A stretch of DNA of 64,000 bases from an uncultured Actinomycetota bacterium (GTDB taxonomy: Bacteria > Actinomycetota > Actinomycetes > Mycobacteriales > Pseudonocardiaceae). The notes beneath the pieces are model-generated. The model searched no databases and had not been told where the DNA came from. It saw nothing but the letters and a program-made list of their open reading frames with translations. The stretch is from positions 1,789 to 65,788 of the forward strand of contig CAVZMB010000022.1 in assembly GCA_963776255.1 (NCBI GenBank), given 5' to 3'. Made by a program: the position numbers and the translations under genes. Of this stretch, positions 27,357 to 37,965 are shown in pieces (position 1 is the first letter of the stretch; each line of letters begins with the position of its first letter).

Positions 27357-28208
27357 GTGCCCGTGCTGCGAGCGACCGCGCTGATCGACGCGCCGCAGCG
27401 CACGGTCGCCGGCTTGCTGCGCGACGCCGCGCTGGTCTGCTACACGCAGCATCGGCTCGGGCACCGGGTGCGGGCGTCGGCGCGGCACCTCGGGGTCGGC
27501 GACGTGCTCAAGTTCCGGGTGCGCCTCGGGCCGGGGCTCGCGGTGCCGATCACCACTCGGATCACCCGGGCCGACCTGACCGGGATGTCCTCGGCGCTGG
27601 TCGCCGGGCTGCCGCGGCGGCTGGAGCACAGCACGACCCTGGTCAGCACGCTGGCCGGGGTACTGGTGACCGAGGAGGTCCGTTGGACCAGCCCGCTCGG
27701 GGTGCTCGGCAGCGTGGTCGACGTGCTGGTGCTGCGCCGGGTCGTGCTCGGGCTGCTGACCGCGCGCTGCGACGACCTGTTGCGGCGCGCCGAGCAACTC
27801 GTCGAGCGCGGTCGGGTGGTGGTCGGCGCGGCGGTGGTGCGGGACGGCCGGCTGCTGGTCGGTCAGCGGTCCGGCCCGCCGGAGCTGGCCGGGCGGTGGG
27901 AGCTGCCCGGCGGTCAGGTCGCGGACGGCGAGCCCGAGCCGGCCGCGCTGGCTCGGGAGATCGACGAGGAGCTCGGCGTGCCGGTGCGGGTGGGCGAGCG
28001 GGTCGGGCCGGACCTGCCGGTCGACGGCAACCGTCTGCTGCGCGTGTACGCCGCCGAGCTCGACGGTGGCGGCGCGGAGCCGCGTGCATTGGAGCACGCC
28101 GCTTTGCGCTGGGTCGGCCCCGGTGAGCTGGACGCGCTGGACTGGCTGCCGGCGGACCGCGTGCTGCTCCCCGACCTGCGCGCCCTGCTCACCGCGACCC
28201 CGCCATGA
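27357..28208 (+). CDS. SRPBCC-like domain fused to a MutT2-like NUDIX hydrolase
   Basis: C-terminal WELPGGQVADGE...ALAREIDEELG Nudix box; N-terminal half resembles SRPBCC/cyclase. Confidence 0.8.
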   Translation: MPVLRATALIDAPQRTVAGLLRDAALVCYTQHRLGHRVRASARHLGVGDVLKFRVRLGPGLAVPITTRITRADLTGMSSALVAGLPRRLEHSTTLVSTLAGVLVTEEVRWTSPLGVLGSVVDVLVLRRVVLGLLTARCDDLLRRAEQLVERGRVVVGAAVVRDGRLLVGQRSGPPELAGRWELPGGQVADGEPEPAALAREIDEELGVPVRVGERVGPDLPVDGNRLLRVYAAELDGGGAEPRALEHAALRWVGPGELDALDWLPADRVLLPDLRALLTATPP

Positions 28209-29062
28209 TCACCGCAACGATCTCGCGCACGACGGCCTCCGGGCGGGTGGTCAGGTCGTGCCAGGTGAAGCGCAGCACCGTCCAGCCCGCGCATACCAAT
28301 CGGTTCTGCCTGCGCCGGTCGGAGCCGAACCGCTGCGCATCGACGTGCCACGCCCAGCCGTCCACCTCGACCGCGACGCGTTCCGCCGGGAAGGGCGAGG
28401 TCCAGCAGGTAGCCCTCGGCGGGGTGGCCGAGAGCCCACCCGGTAATCCCGGCCTGGCGCAGCAGCCGAACAAGCAGCCGCTCCGCAGCAGAGGCGGCCC
28501 GGTCCGCGGCAGCGGCGAGCAGCGCCCCCATCCGCCGGGAGCCTCGACAGCCGAGGCGGCGGCAGTACGCGCGGTGCGCGGTTTCGAACCGCACGTGGCG
28601 TTGCAAGGCGCGGTCGAGGAACGCCGAGCCGCGATCGCCGAGCGCGACCGCGGTCTCGAGCACGCTCAGCGGAACCGCGGTGACCGGTAGGTCGCGCAGC
28701 TCGACCACGTCCATCGGTGCGAGATCCCGGCGCACAACGGCGAGGCCGGGCCGGGCGAGCAGGCTGCGGCTCTTCGGGATCGTCACCGTGATCGGGTTCG
28801 GGGCTGTGTCGAGCATCCGATGCCACCACGCGGCCGCCGGACCGCTGAGGGCGGCGCCGTGCCCGGCCCAGAGCACGACGGCGCGCACCCAGGCCTCGTC
28901 GTTCTCCGGATGCCCCGCGGCGAGGTACACCCTCGGCAGCAGGGGTCGCCACGCATGGCTCGCCAACAAGCGATCCACGGCGTGCCGCGACAGGCCCGCG
29001 CACCGTGCCTGCTCGCGCGAGATCACGCCAGCCTGGCGGCGCAGGTAGTACTCGACCCGCAT
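28189..29062 (-). CDS. AbiEi-antitoxin-like / DUF559 domain protein (indel near 28390)
   Basis: RQAGVISREQA, ALSGPAAAWWH; VAVEVDGWAWH...DRRRQNRL...GWTVLRFTW in an adjacent frame. Confidence 0.82.
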
Positions 29063-29255
29063 GCCTCGTTAGATGACACGGGGAGCCCGACGGCACCAGG
29101 ACAGCCGGATGATCGCCGTTTGTGAAGCTCGGTGGGCATCGGTGCGCGGGTTAGGCAGCCTCGGCTCACCGTCCAGCCCGGCCCGTCACAGGCGCCTTCC
29201 ATCCCCGGTGGGAAGATGGCCGCCGCGACCAGGGGACCGGCGCGGGAGGTCGAAA

Positions 29256-31052
29256 GTGAGCCAAGGGCGCCGAGGAGCTGCCGTCCTCGCCGTGCTCGTG
29301 GTGCTCGGCGCGCTCGCACTGGGCGGCTGCACGACCGCCCCGCCACCGCCGCCGGCGCCCGCGCCGCCGCCGGCGCCCGATGAGCCGACCGAGCTGGTGG
29401 TCGGCATCGACGAGCTCGGCGAGGGGTTCAACCCGCACCTGCTCGCGCACGTCTCGACCGCCACGACGGCGCTGAGCACACTGGTGCTGCCCTCGGTGTT
29501 CCGTCCCGGTCCGGACGGCGCACTGCAGCTCGACCGCGCGGTGGCCACCAGCGCGCAGGTGGTCTCCCGGGACCCGTTCACGGTCAGCTACGAGATCAAC
29601 GTCAAGGCGTCCTGGTCGAACAGCGCGCCGATCGCCGCCGAGGACTTCGTCTACCTCTGGGACCGGATGCGCTCCGAGCCGGGGGTCACCGACGGCGCCG
29701 GCTACCAGCTGATCACCGCGGTGCGGTCGCGGGCCGGCGGCAAGGCGGTCGACGTGGTGTTCGCCGAGCCGTACCCGGCCTGGCAGACGCTGTTCGCAAA
29801 CCTGCTCCCGGCCCACCTGCTCAAGGACGCTCCCGGGTCCTGGACCGGCGCGCTGACCGGCGGCATCCCGGTGTCCGGCGGACCGTTCCGGGTGGACTCG
29901 GTGGATCGTAACCGCGGCCAGATCGTGCTCGCCCGTAACGACGCGTACTGGGACTCCCAGGCCGTGCTGGACAAGTTCGTGCTGCGCCGGGTGGACCCCG
30001 CCGGCATGGCCGCCGGGATGCGCAACGGCGAGCTGCCGATCGTGCTGCCAACCGCCGACGCCGCCGCGGTCGCCGCGCTCGGCGGGCTCGGCCCGGTCGC
30101 GAAGCTGACCACGGTGCCGCAGCCGGTGGTCGTGCAACTCGGGCTGCGCGGCGACGCCGGGCCGCTCGCCGACTTCCGTACCCGCCGGGCGGTCGCCGCG
30201 CTGCTGGACCGGACCGCGCTGATCGCTGCCGGCACGGGCGGGCCGCCGGCTCAGCCGCTGCCGGCAGAGGCGCTGCTGACCGCACCGTCCCAACCGGGCT
30301 ATGCGCGGACCGGACCGGAAGGCCCGCCGCTGCGACCGGACCCGGCGCAGGCCGCGGCGCTGTTGACCGAGGTCGGCTACGTCAGGCTCGCCGACGGTCG
30401 CTGGACCGGACCGGCGGGGCCGCTGCGGCTGACCGTCGGTGCACCGGTCGGGCGGGAGTCCTACCTTCGGGTCGCCACGGCGACCGCAGCACAGCTCACC
30501 GCCGCGGGCATCCCTACCGAGGTGGTCACGGCGCCGGGCACCGCGCTGTACAGCGCGCCCAACGTCGATCCCGTTGCGCCGACCAGCACCACGCCGTCCT
30601 CCGGCGGGACCAGCACCAGCGCCACGCCGAGCCCGGCCGCCGCGAGCCAGGCCACGCCGAGCCGGCCCTCGGGCGGCGCGGTCCGGGTGGACGTGCTGGT
30701 CATGCCGCGCACGGTCGGTGGCGACCCCGGCACCGAGCTGATGTCCGACTACGGGTGCCCCGCCTCCACCCAGGCGGTACCCGACCCGCCGCCGGGTCCG
30801 AGCGGCTACTGCAACGCGGCCCTGCGCCCGCTGATGCTCGCGGCGATCACCGGCGAGCAGCTGCCGACGGCCGAGGCGCTCGCCACCGCGGAAGGCATTC
30901 TCTGGACCGAGACTCCGGTGATCCCGCTGTACCAGCCGACCAGCTTGCTGGCCGTCACGCCGGCCGCCGAGGCCGCCACCGGCATCGGCCCTGGGCCGCT
31001 GCTCACCGGACCGCTCAGCGGCGCGCAGCGCTGGCCACCGGCCGGTGGGTGA
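29256..31052 (+). CDS. lpqW: ABC family-5 solute-binding lipoprotein (LpqW-like)
   Basis: LGGC lipobox; GFNPHLLAH, LVLPSVFR, NLLPAHLLKD; directly upstream of mshB. Confidence 0.8.
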   Translation: MSQGRRGAAVLAVLVVLGALALGGCTTAPPPPPAPAPPPAPDEPTELVVGIDELGEGFNPHLLAHVSTATTALSTLVLPSVFRPGPDGALQLDRAVATSAQVVSRDPFTVSYEINVKASWSNSAPIAAEDFVYLWDRMRSEPGVTDGAGYQLITAVRSRAGGKAVDVVFAEPYPAWQTLFANLLPAHLLKDAPGSWTGALTGGIPVSGGPFRVDSVDRNRGQIVLARNDAYWDSQAVLDKFVLRRVDPAGMAAGMRNGELPIVLPTADAAAVAALGGLGPVAKLTTVPQPVVVQLGLRGDAGPLADFRTRRAVAALLDRTALIAAGTGGPPAQPLPAEALLTAPSQPGYARTGPEGPPLRPDPAQAAALLTEVGYVRLADGRWTGPAGPLRLTVGAPVGRESYLRVATATAAQLTAAGIPTEVVTAPGTALYSAPNVDPVAPTSTTPSSGGTSTSATPSPAAASQATPSRPSGGAVRVDVLVMPRTVGGDPGTELMSDYGCPASTQAVPDPPPGPSGYCNAALRPLMLAAITGEQLPTAEALATAEGILWTETPVIPLYQPTSLLAVTPAAEAATGIGPGPLLTGPLSGAQRWPPAGG

Positions 31053-31056
31053 GCCC

Positions 31057-31980
31057 GTGACCGCTGCTCGATCGCAAGACGAACGGCGCGCGGCGCGCCG
31101 GCTGCTGCTGGTGCACGCCCATCCCGACGACGAGACCCTCACCACCGGCGGCACCATCGCCCGGTACGCCGCGGAGCCGGACACCGAGGTCACCCTGGTC
31201 ACCGCCACGCTCGGCGAGAACGGCGAGATCGTGCCGCTGCGGCTGGCGCTGCTGGCCGCCGAGCACGCCGACCAGCTCGGCGGCTACCGGATCGGTGAGC
31301 TCTCCGCGGCGTGCGCCGCGCTCGGCGTCACCGACCACCGGTTCCTCGGCGGACCCGGGCGCTGGCGGGACAGCGGGATGGTGCTGGCCGACGGCCCCGG
31401 TCCGCCGAGCATCCTGGCGAAGGCACCCGACGTGCTGCATCCGCGCGCCTTCGCCCGCCCCGAGGCGATGGCCGAGCAGGTCCTCGCGTTGCGAGCCGTG
31501 CTCGACGAGGTCCGCCCCCAGGTCGTGATCACCTACGACAGCCGTGGCGGCTACGGGCACCCGGACCACATCAGGGCGCACGAGGTCACGATCGCCGCCG
31601 CGGCGGAGTGCGCGTCGGTGCGCAAGCTGTACTGGACCGCGCTGCCCGGCAGCGTGCTGGACGCCGGGCTTGCCGAGCTGGCCGGTGCGCCCGGGCTGCC
31701 GTTCCGCATGCCGCGGCCGGGCGAGCTGCCGACCGTCGACGACGAGGCGATCACCACCCGGATCGACGTCACCGCCCAGCTACCGGCCAAGATCGCCGCG
31801 CTGCGGGCGCACGAGACCCAGCTGACCGTCTGGTCGGACGGGCAGCACACCGGGTACGCGCTCAGCAACGGGATCGCGGCACCGGTGTTGGGCACCGAGT
31901 CCTACACGCTGGCCGGTGCGGCCGGGTCGGTTCGCGCGCTCGATCCCGAAGACGACCTGTTCGCCGGGATCGAGACGTGA
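31057..31980 (+). CDS. mshB: GlcNAc-Ins deacetylase (mycothiol synthesis)
   Basis: VHAHPDDE, WRDSGM, GGYGHPDH, ALSN. Confidence 0.93.
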   Translation: MTAARSQDERRAARRLLLVHAHPDDETLTTGGTIARYAAEPDTEVTLVTATLGENGEIVPLRLALLAAEHADQLGGYRIGELSAACAALGVTDHRFLGGPGRWRDSGMVLADGPGPPSILAKAPDVLHPRAFARPEAMAEQVLALRAVLDEVRPQVVITYDSRGGYGHPDHIRAHEVTIAAAAECASVRKLYWTALPGSVLDAGLAELAGAPGLPFRMPRPGELPTVDDEAITTRIDVTAQLPAKIAALRAHETQLTVWSDGQHTGYALSNGIAAPVLGTESYTLAGAAGSVRALDPEDDLFAGIET

Positions 31981-32423
31981 TCCCGCTGGTGATCCCCTTG
32001 CTGATCGTCGACTCCGTGCTGCTGGCCGTCGTCGAGGTGATGTTCCTCGACATCAACGTGGCCGGGGTGCCGGTCCCGATCAGTGCGCTGCTGGCGGCGG
32101 TGAGCCTGCCGTGGCTGGTGTGGCAGGCCGGCAAGATCGGCGGCACCCCGGGCTGGGCGGTGTCGCCGCTGGTGGCCTGGCTGGTCACGGTCGGGCTGCT
32201 CGGGTTCGCCGGGCCCGGCGACGACATCCTGCTGCCGATGACCTGGCCGCTGGTGGTGCAGACCGTGCTCCTGCTGGTGGGTGGGCTCGTTCCAACGGTG
32301 ATCACACTGGCCCGGGTCAGGCGCGGGATGGTCGAGCACCCGGAGGAGTGGCGCGGCGAGCAGGAGGAGCTGGTGCCGGGCGGGAAAGGAGACGATCAGT
32401 CCGCACCGCCGGGTGACACATAG
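31977..32423 (+). CDS. Conserved membrane protein downstream of mshB
   Basis: GTGA overlap; about 4 TM segments with GPGDD loop. Confidence 0.75.
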   Translation: MIPLVIPLLIVDSVLLAVVEVMFLDINVAGVPVPISALLAAVSLPWLVWQAGKIGGTPGWAVSPLVAWLVTVGLLGFAGPGDDILLPMTWPLVVQTVLLLVGGLVPTVITLARVRRGMVEHPEEWRGEQEELVPGGKGDDQSAPPGDT

Positions 32424-33395
32424 CGGACCCGGTGGTGCGGGCGGAAGCCCTGGGCGAGCCAACCGGCGCGCGCCGCTTCGTCGCCCGGGTCGACCTGCAG
32501 CACGGCCCAGCGCGCGCCCCGGTCCCGACCCCACCGCGCCGCGGCGGCCAACCCGGCCGCGGCCGGCGTCTCGACGTCGCGCAGCGTGAGGTGCACGTGC
32601 TTGCCCACCACCGCGGCCCGAACCGTCACCGGGCCGATGCGGGCGAAGCCGGCCGGCGAGAAACCGGACAGCACCTTCCGCTGCGCGGCCGTCGGCGCTC
32701 CGGTGCCGATCGCGGCCTGCCACCAGCGCGCGTCCGGCGCGTCGAGCCACCCCGGCTCGGCCGGTACGGGCTCGGCCGGAGTCGACGACGTCGAGGACGT
32801 CGAGGTCGTCGAGGTCGTCGAGGTCGACCACCAGCACCTCGGCGACCTCCGGCTCGGGTCCGGAGCGGTCGCCGGCCCAGCCCGCGGCGCGCAGCGTGGT
32901 CTCCCACGGCGAGCCCACCGGCACCCTGGCCAGCGGGGCGATGTGGTGCTCGGTGGCGAACTCGCGCACCACCCGCAGCGCCGCCGGGAACGCCATCCCT
33001 GGGTCACCGGTGGCCAGCGCCGAGTTCGCCAGCCGAGTGAACCCGCCCGCGGCGCGCAACCGCCACGCTCCCAGCGGGCGGTCCACCACGGCCGGCCAGG
33101 CCTGCGCGCACACCCCCTCGAGGGCGGCGACCGCCGCCCAGGACGGCCGGCGCGGCACCGGCGGCGGAACCGCCCGGACCGCGACCACGGCGTCCGCGCG
33201 GAGCCGAACCGGCCCGCGCCGGGTGTGCACGACGAGCTCGCCCGGTCCGCCGCGGCCGAGCTCGCCGACCGCGTCGGAGTACAGCGGCCGGCCGTCCCGG
33301 TCCCCGACCCGGTGCCGCAACGACACCCGCGACCCGATCAGGCCCCCGATCCGGTCCCCGATGTGCCCCCCGTTTTCACCGCTGACCCCCGACAT
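32396..33395 (-). CDS. GNAT-family N-acetyltransferase (indel near 32770)
   Basis: GSRVSLRH, WRLRAAGGFTRLANSAL; GARWAVLQV...GFRPHHRVRY in an adjacent frame. Confidence 0.78.
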
Positions 33396-33522
33396 GTGAA
33401 CAGCGTCGCAGATCAAACGGCAGATCATCCGGCCCCGGCGGTTCCCCCAGTCGGCGGAGGAGCGATACTGGTGACTAGTTCGACAGCAGCCAGACGACGA
33501 CCCGCACTAGCAGGAGATACCC

Positions 33523-33849
33523 GTGACCTACGTGATCGCCGAGCCTTGCGTCGACCTGCTGGACAAGTCCTGCATCGAAGAGTGCCCGGTCGACTGCATC
33601 TACGAAGGCGGTCGGATGCTGTACATCCACCCCGACGAGTGCGTGGACTGCGGTGCGTGCGAGCCGGTCTGCCCGGTCGAGGCCATCTACTACGAGGACG
33701 ACGTGCCCGAGCAGTGGAAGGGCTACTACGCCGCGAACGTCGACTTCTTCGTCGAGCTGGGCTCCCCGGGCGGCGCCGCGAAGCTCGGTAAGATCAACTA
33801 CGACCATCCGATGGTCGCCGAGCTGCCCCCGCAACAGCACGACGAGTGA
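33523..33849 (+). CDS. fdxA: 7Fe ferredoxin
   Basis: MTYVIAEPCVD...CPVDCIY...CVDCGACEPVCP. Confidence 0.97.
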   Translation: MTYVIAEPCVDLLDKSCIEECPVDCIYEGGRMLYIHPDECVDCGACEPVCPVEAIYYEDDVPEQWKGYYAANVDFFVELGSPGGAAKLGKINYDHPMVAELPPQQHDE

Positions 33850-34946
33850 CGCGGCCCCGGGTGGAGCTACCCGCGTTCCCCTGGGATCTGCTCACCGAGG
33901 CGCACGCCACGGCCGCCGCACACCCAGACGGCATCGTGGACCTGTCCGTCGGCACCCCGGTCGACCCGGTCCCGCAGCAGGTTCGGGCGGCGCTGGCCGG
34001 CCCCGCCGCGGCCGATCCGGGCTACCCGACGGCGGCCGGCACCGGCGAGCTGCGGGCGGCCGCGGCCGCGTCGCTGGCCCGGCGGTTCGGGATTCCGGGG
34101 GTGGCACCGGACGCCGTGCTGCCCACCATCGGGACCAAGGAGTTGGTGGCCTGGCTGCCGACCCTGCTCGGGGTGCGTCCCGGCGAGCTCGTCGCGATCC
34201 CCGAGCTCTGCTATCCGACCTACGAGGTGGGTGCCCGGCTGGTCGGGGCCGACGTCGTCCGGCTGGCCGACGGTGAGCCGCCGCCGGCGGGCACCCGGCT
34301 GGTGTGGCTGAACTCCCCGTCGAACCCGACCGGACGGGTGTTCGGCGCGGCCGCCATGCGCGCCGCGGTCGCCGGTGCTCGCGAGGTCGGTGCGGTGCTC
34401 GCCTCCGACGAGTGTTACCTGGCGAGCGACGGCCCGGAACGCACCGCGGTCTCGGTGCTCGCGCCAGCCGTCTGCGCCGGCGTGCACGACGGGCTGCTGG
34501 CCGTGCACTCGCTGTCGAAGTCGTCGAACCTGGCCGGCTACCGGGCGGGTTTCGTGGCCGGCGACCCTTCGGTGGTCGCCGAGCTGCTGGCGCTGCGCCG
34601 CCACCTCGGCATGATCATGCCCCGCCCGGTGCAGGCCGCGATGGTCGCCGCACTGTCCGACGACGTCCACGTCGCCGAGCAGGCGGCGCGCTACGACGCA
34701 CGCCGGGATCGGCTGCGCGATGCGCTCAAGGCCTTCGGGCTGCGCGTCGAGCACTCCGAAGCGGGCCTTTACCTGTGGGCGAGCGCCGACGAACCGGGAT
34801 GGGACACGGTCCGGACCCTTGCCGCGCTGGGCATCCTGGTTGCGCCGGGGGAGTTCTACGGGCCGGCGGGCACGCGGCACGTGCGGTTCGCGCTCACCGC
34901 GACCGACGAGCGCATCGACGCCGCGGTGGCCCGGCTCGCCGGGTGA
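33846..34946 (+). CDS. dapC: Succinyldiaminopimelate transaminase
   Basis: DLSVGTPVDP, NSPSNPTG, SDECY, SLSKSSNLAGYR; follows fdxA. Confidence 0.93.
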   Translation: MTRPRVELPAFPWDLLTEAHATAAAHPDGIVDLSVGTPVDPVPQQVRAALAGPAAADPGYPTAAGTGELRAAAAASLARRFGIPGVAPDAVLPTIGTKELVAWLPTLLGVRPGELVAIPELCYPTYEVGARLVGADVVRLADGEPPPAGTRLVWLNSPSNPTGRVFGAAAMRAAVAGAREVGAVLASDECYLASDGPERTAVSVLAPAVCAGVHDGLLAVHSLSKSSNLAGYRAGFVAGDPSVVAELLALRRHLGMIMPRPVQAAMVAALSDDVHVAEQAARYDARRDRLRDALKAFGLRVEHSEAGLYLWASADEPGWDTVRTLAALGILVAPGEFYGPAGTRHVRFALTATDERIDAAVARLAG

Positions 34947-35003
34947 GCCCGGACCGCCGGGTGAGCCCGGACCGCCGGGTGAGCCCGGACCGCCGGGTGA
35001 GCC
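34937..35003 (+). repeat. 18-bp tandem repeat (about 3.7 copies) spanning the dapC stop
   Basis: CGCCGGGTGAGCCCGGAC repeated; each unit contains the CCGGG-TGAG-CCCGG hairpin. Confidence 0.9.
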
Positions 35004-35007
35004 GGCC

Positions 35008-35985
35008 TCAGATGGCCGCCATCCGGGCGACGACGCCTCGCCAGGCGTCCGGCCACTGCGCCCTGGCGCTGGCGGCCCGGCCCTGCTCGCGCTCGACCAG
35101 CCGTCCGGCGACGAAGGCCACCGCGACGTCCGGCAGCTCAACCAGGCCGTCCAGCAGTCCGGCGATGCGCTGCTCGGCAACGCAGGCGTCCTGGTGGTCG
35201 CCGAGCACCTCCTGGAACCGGGTGGTGGCCTTGATCAGCGCCCGCACCGAGCGCGCGGTCAGCCGCGGCATGGCCGGCTCGACCAGCTCGGCGGTGTAGC
35301 GCAGCCGCTTACCCCGGATCCGCAGGTCGTGCAGCACCTCGTCGGCCGGTTGACGGCCGGCGCGGCGCACCGTGCGGCTCAGCGTTCGGTACTCGGCGCG
35401 CACCAGGTCGACCAGCCCGGGTTGCTGCTCGGTCGCACTTCGAGTCGGCAGCGGTAGGCGCACGGTGTCGGCGAGGCGTTCGAGCAACGCGTTGTAACGG
35501 GTGCTGGCCAGCGCCTGCATCATCGCGCGACGGGTCGCCGTCCGCTGCTCCTCGAGATCCTGGACCAGCCGCCCGGCGGCGGCCCGCTCGGCGGTCGGCA
35601 GGTCGGCCGTCTCGTCCCGGAACCGTTCCAGCATGACGTCGAGGTCTCGCGTCGGGCCGAGCGCCCTGCCCAGCCAACCGAGCTCGGCTCGCAGCCCGTC
35701 GGCCCAGGTCGGGTCGAGCAGCGGGCGAGCGGAGCGCAGGGCGGCCCGCATTCGGCGGACGGCCACCCGCATCTGGTGCAGGTCCTCGATGTCCTCCCCG
35801 GTGCGGGTGCCGCCGTCGTGGCGGAGCAGGGCACGCAGCCGGAGATCCAGGGCAGCCCGGACGTGGTGTGCCGGCGGATCGCCCGGAGCGGCGACCACCG
35901 GCTCGTCCAGGAAGAAAAGCTCCGGCGTGAGGTTGATCCGCGCGATCCGGGCCACCGGCCTGGCTTGGGCGGTGGACGGGGGCAT
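35008..35985 (-). CDS. CHAD domain protein (polyphosphate-binding)
   Basis: LHQMRVAVRRMR, RDLDV, LHDLRIRGKRLRY, QEVLGDHQD. Confidence 0.92.
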   Translation of the reverse strand: MPPSTAQARPVARIARINLTPELFFLDEPVVAAPGDPPAHHVRAALDLRLRALLRHDGGTRTGEDIEDLHQMRVAVRRMRAALRSARPLLDPTWADGLRAELGWLGRALGPTRDLDVMLERFRDETADLPTAERAAAGRLVQDLEEQRTATRRAMMQALASTRYNALLERLADTVRLPLPTRSATEQQPGLVDLVRAEYRTLSRTVRRAGRQPADEVLHDLRIRGKRLRYTAELVEPAMPRLTARSVRALIKATTRFQEVLGDHQDACVAEQRIAGLLDGLVELPDVAVAFVAGRLVEREQGRAASARAQWPDAWRGVVARMAAI

Positions 35986-36011
35986 CAATCGAGCATAGAT
36001 GACGACGATTT

Positions 36012-36962
36012 TCAGTTATGCGCGTGCAGTGCGGCGTTCAGGGTGATCCCGCTTCCGGTGCGGGGCTTCGCCTCGACGGCCCCGGTCACCGAGTTGCGCC
36101 GCAGCAGCAGCCCGCTCTGGCCGGAGAGCGTTCGGGCCGGCACGATCGCGCCGTCCGGCAGCGTGACCTTGGTGCCGGCCGTGACGTACAGCCCGGCCTC
36201 GACCACGCAGTCGTCGCCGAGTGAGATGCCGATCCCGGCATTCGCGCCGACCAGGCAGCGCTCGCCGACCGAGATCACCTCGGTGCCGCCGCCGGACAGC
36301 GTTCCCATGATCGATGCGCTGCCGCCGAGGTCCGAGCCATCGCCGACCACTACGCCGGCGGAGATCCGACCCTCCACCATGGACGTGCCGAGGGTTCCGG
36401 CGTTGAAGTTAACGAAGCCCTCGTGCATGACGGTCGTGCCGGGCGCGAGATGGGCGCCCAGCCGCACCCGGTCGGCGTCGGCGATGCGCACCCCCGACGG
36501 CAGCACGTAGTCGACCATGCGCGGGAACTTGTCCACTCCGTACACCGTGACCGGCCCGCGAGCCCGCAACGCCGCCCTGGTCTGCTCGAAGCCCCCGACC
36601 GCGCACGGACCGCAGCTGGTCCACACCACGTTCGGCAGCAGGCCGAAGATGCCGTCCAGGTTCGCCTGGTGCGGACGCACCAGCCGGTGCGAGAGCAGGT
36701 GCAGCCGCAGGTAGACGTCGGCGGTGTCGTCCGGCGGCTCGGCCAGCGAGCCGATCACGGTGCGCACGACCTCGGTCCGGGTGCGGCGCGCCTGGTCCTC
36801 GCCGACCAGCGCGCGCAGCGACTCGTCCGGCTCGTCCGGCTCGACGGGCTCGCCGTCGAGCCGCGGCGCCGGGTACCAGACGTCCAGCACGGTGCCGTCG
36901 GCCGCACGGGTGGCGACGCCGGTGCCCGATGCCGGGGTGTCCAGGGGTTGCGGAGTCGGCAC
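36012..36962 (-). CDS. dapD: Tetrahydrodipicolinate N-succinyltransferase
   Basis: [37 protein letters not shown]. Confidence 0.96.
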   Translation of the reverse strand: MPTPQPLDTPASGTGVATRAADGTVLDVWYPAPRLDGEPVEPDEPDESLRALVGEDQARRTRTEVVRTVIGSLAEPPDDTADVYLRLHLLSHRLVRPHQANLDGIFGLLPNVVWTSCGPCAVGGFEQTRAALRARGPVTVYGVDKFPRMVDYVLPSGVRIADADRVRLGAHLAPGTTVMHEGFVNFNAGTLGTSMVEGRISAGVVVGDGSDLGGSASIMGTLSGGGTEVISVGERCLVGANAGIGISLGDDCVVEAGLYVTAGTKVTLPDGAIVPARTLSGQSGLLLRRNSVTGAVEAKPRTGSGITLNAALHAHN

Positions 36963-36993
36963 CTGTCAACGGTATCGCCCGCGCGCGGCGGGC

Positions 36994-37609
36994 TCAGGGT
37001 CGAACGGCGCGTACCGCCACCCCGCGGCGGCCGCGCACCCGCTCCTCGACCGACACGTCGGTGAACCCGGTCTCGGTGCACATCCGCGCGAAGGCCTCGG
37101 CCTGCCGCGGCGTCCAGCCGTGGCTGGACAACCCGGACGCGCCGGGACGGAATCTGGCGCTCGAGGACGAGCAACCGCCCACCCGGCTGCAACACCTGTC
37201 GCGCCTCGGCCAGACCCGCTGCGACATCGGTCCAATGGTGCACGCTCGCGATCGTCCACAACACCGTCGCCGAGGCGTCCGGCAGCGGTAGCCGCTCGGC
37301 TTCGCCGGGCAACCAGTCGATGCCTGCGCTCCGCCGGGTTGTGGCGCGTGCCAGCCCGAGCATCGCCGCCGACGGGTCGACACCGCTCACCCGGGCGCCG
37401 CGGCGGGCGGCGGCGCGAGCCGCGTTGCCCGGCCCGCAGCCGACGTCGACCACCCGGTCGCCCTCGGACACGCCGGCGAGATCGACGACGAGCCGGGCCG
37501 TCGGGCCACCAGTGGCGGCCATCGCCAGCCCGGCCAGCAGCCCGAGGACGCCCATACAGCCCGGATAGCCGGCGTGATGGTTGACAGTCTCCGCGTCCGG
37601 CACGCTCAT
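36994..37609 (-). CDS. Class I SAM-dependent methyltransferase (indel near 37150)
   Basis: VVDVGCGPG, AERLPLPD, VLQPGG; C-terminal HGWTPRQAEAF in an adjacent frame. Confidence 0.8.
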
Positions 37610-37725
37610 CAGTGTCCGCTCCTCTCCACCCAACTGCCGGCAGGTTGATACCAGGCTGCCGGTTCAAGTCGGGTTGAAGTCAAGTTCAGCCAGGTCCGTG
37701 GACCCGCATCCGATAACATGCATGC

Positions 37726-37965
37726 ATGCGCACGACGGTGGAAATCTCCGACGCCCAGCACCGGGCGCTGGCCGCGATCGCCCGGCAGCGCGGGATCCGG
37801 GGTTTCTCCCAGCTCGTCCAGGAGGCGCTCGACGCTTACCTGCGCGACCTCGACGTAGCCGAGACCGACCTGCTGCTGTCGCTCGAGGGTGTCCTCGACG
37901 AGGAGGAAGCGACGGCTGTTCGGCAGCGGATCGACCAGGCACGGGACACGTGGCGGGCCTCGTAG
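37726..37965 (+). CDS. vapB: CopG/RHH antitoxin
   Basis: MRTTVEISDAQHRALAAIARQRG...SQLVQEALDAYL; overlaps the PIN gene. Confidence 0.82.
   Translation: MRTTVEISDAQHRALAAIARQRGIRGFSQLVQEALDAYLRDLDVAETDLLLSLEGVLDEEEATAVRQRIDQARDTWRAS

Noticed and set aside
28189-29062. Type IV TA / Abi defence system
   Set aside because: No adjacent AbiEii nucleotidyltransferase; solo AbiEi-DUF559 genes are common in actinobacteria.
32782-32830. DDLDDLDVLDVVD acidic repeat in the GNAT gene as a functional motif
   Set aside because: Simple 9-bp slippage expansion next to an indel.
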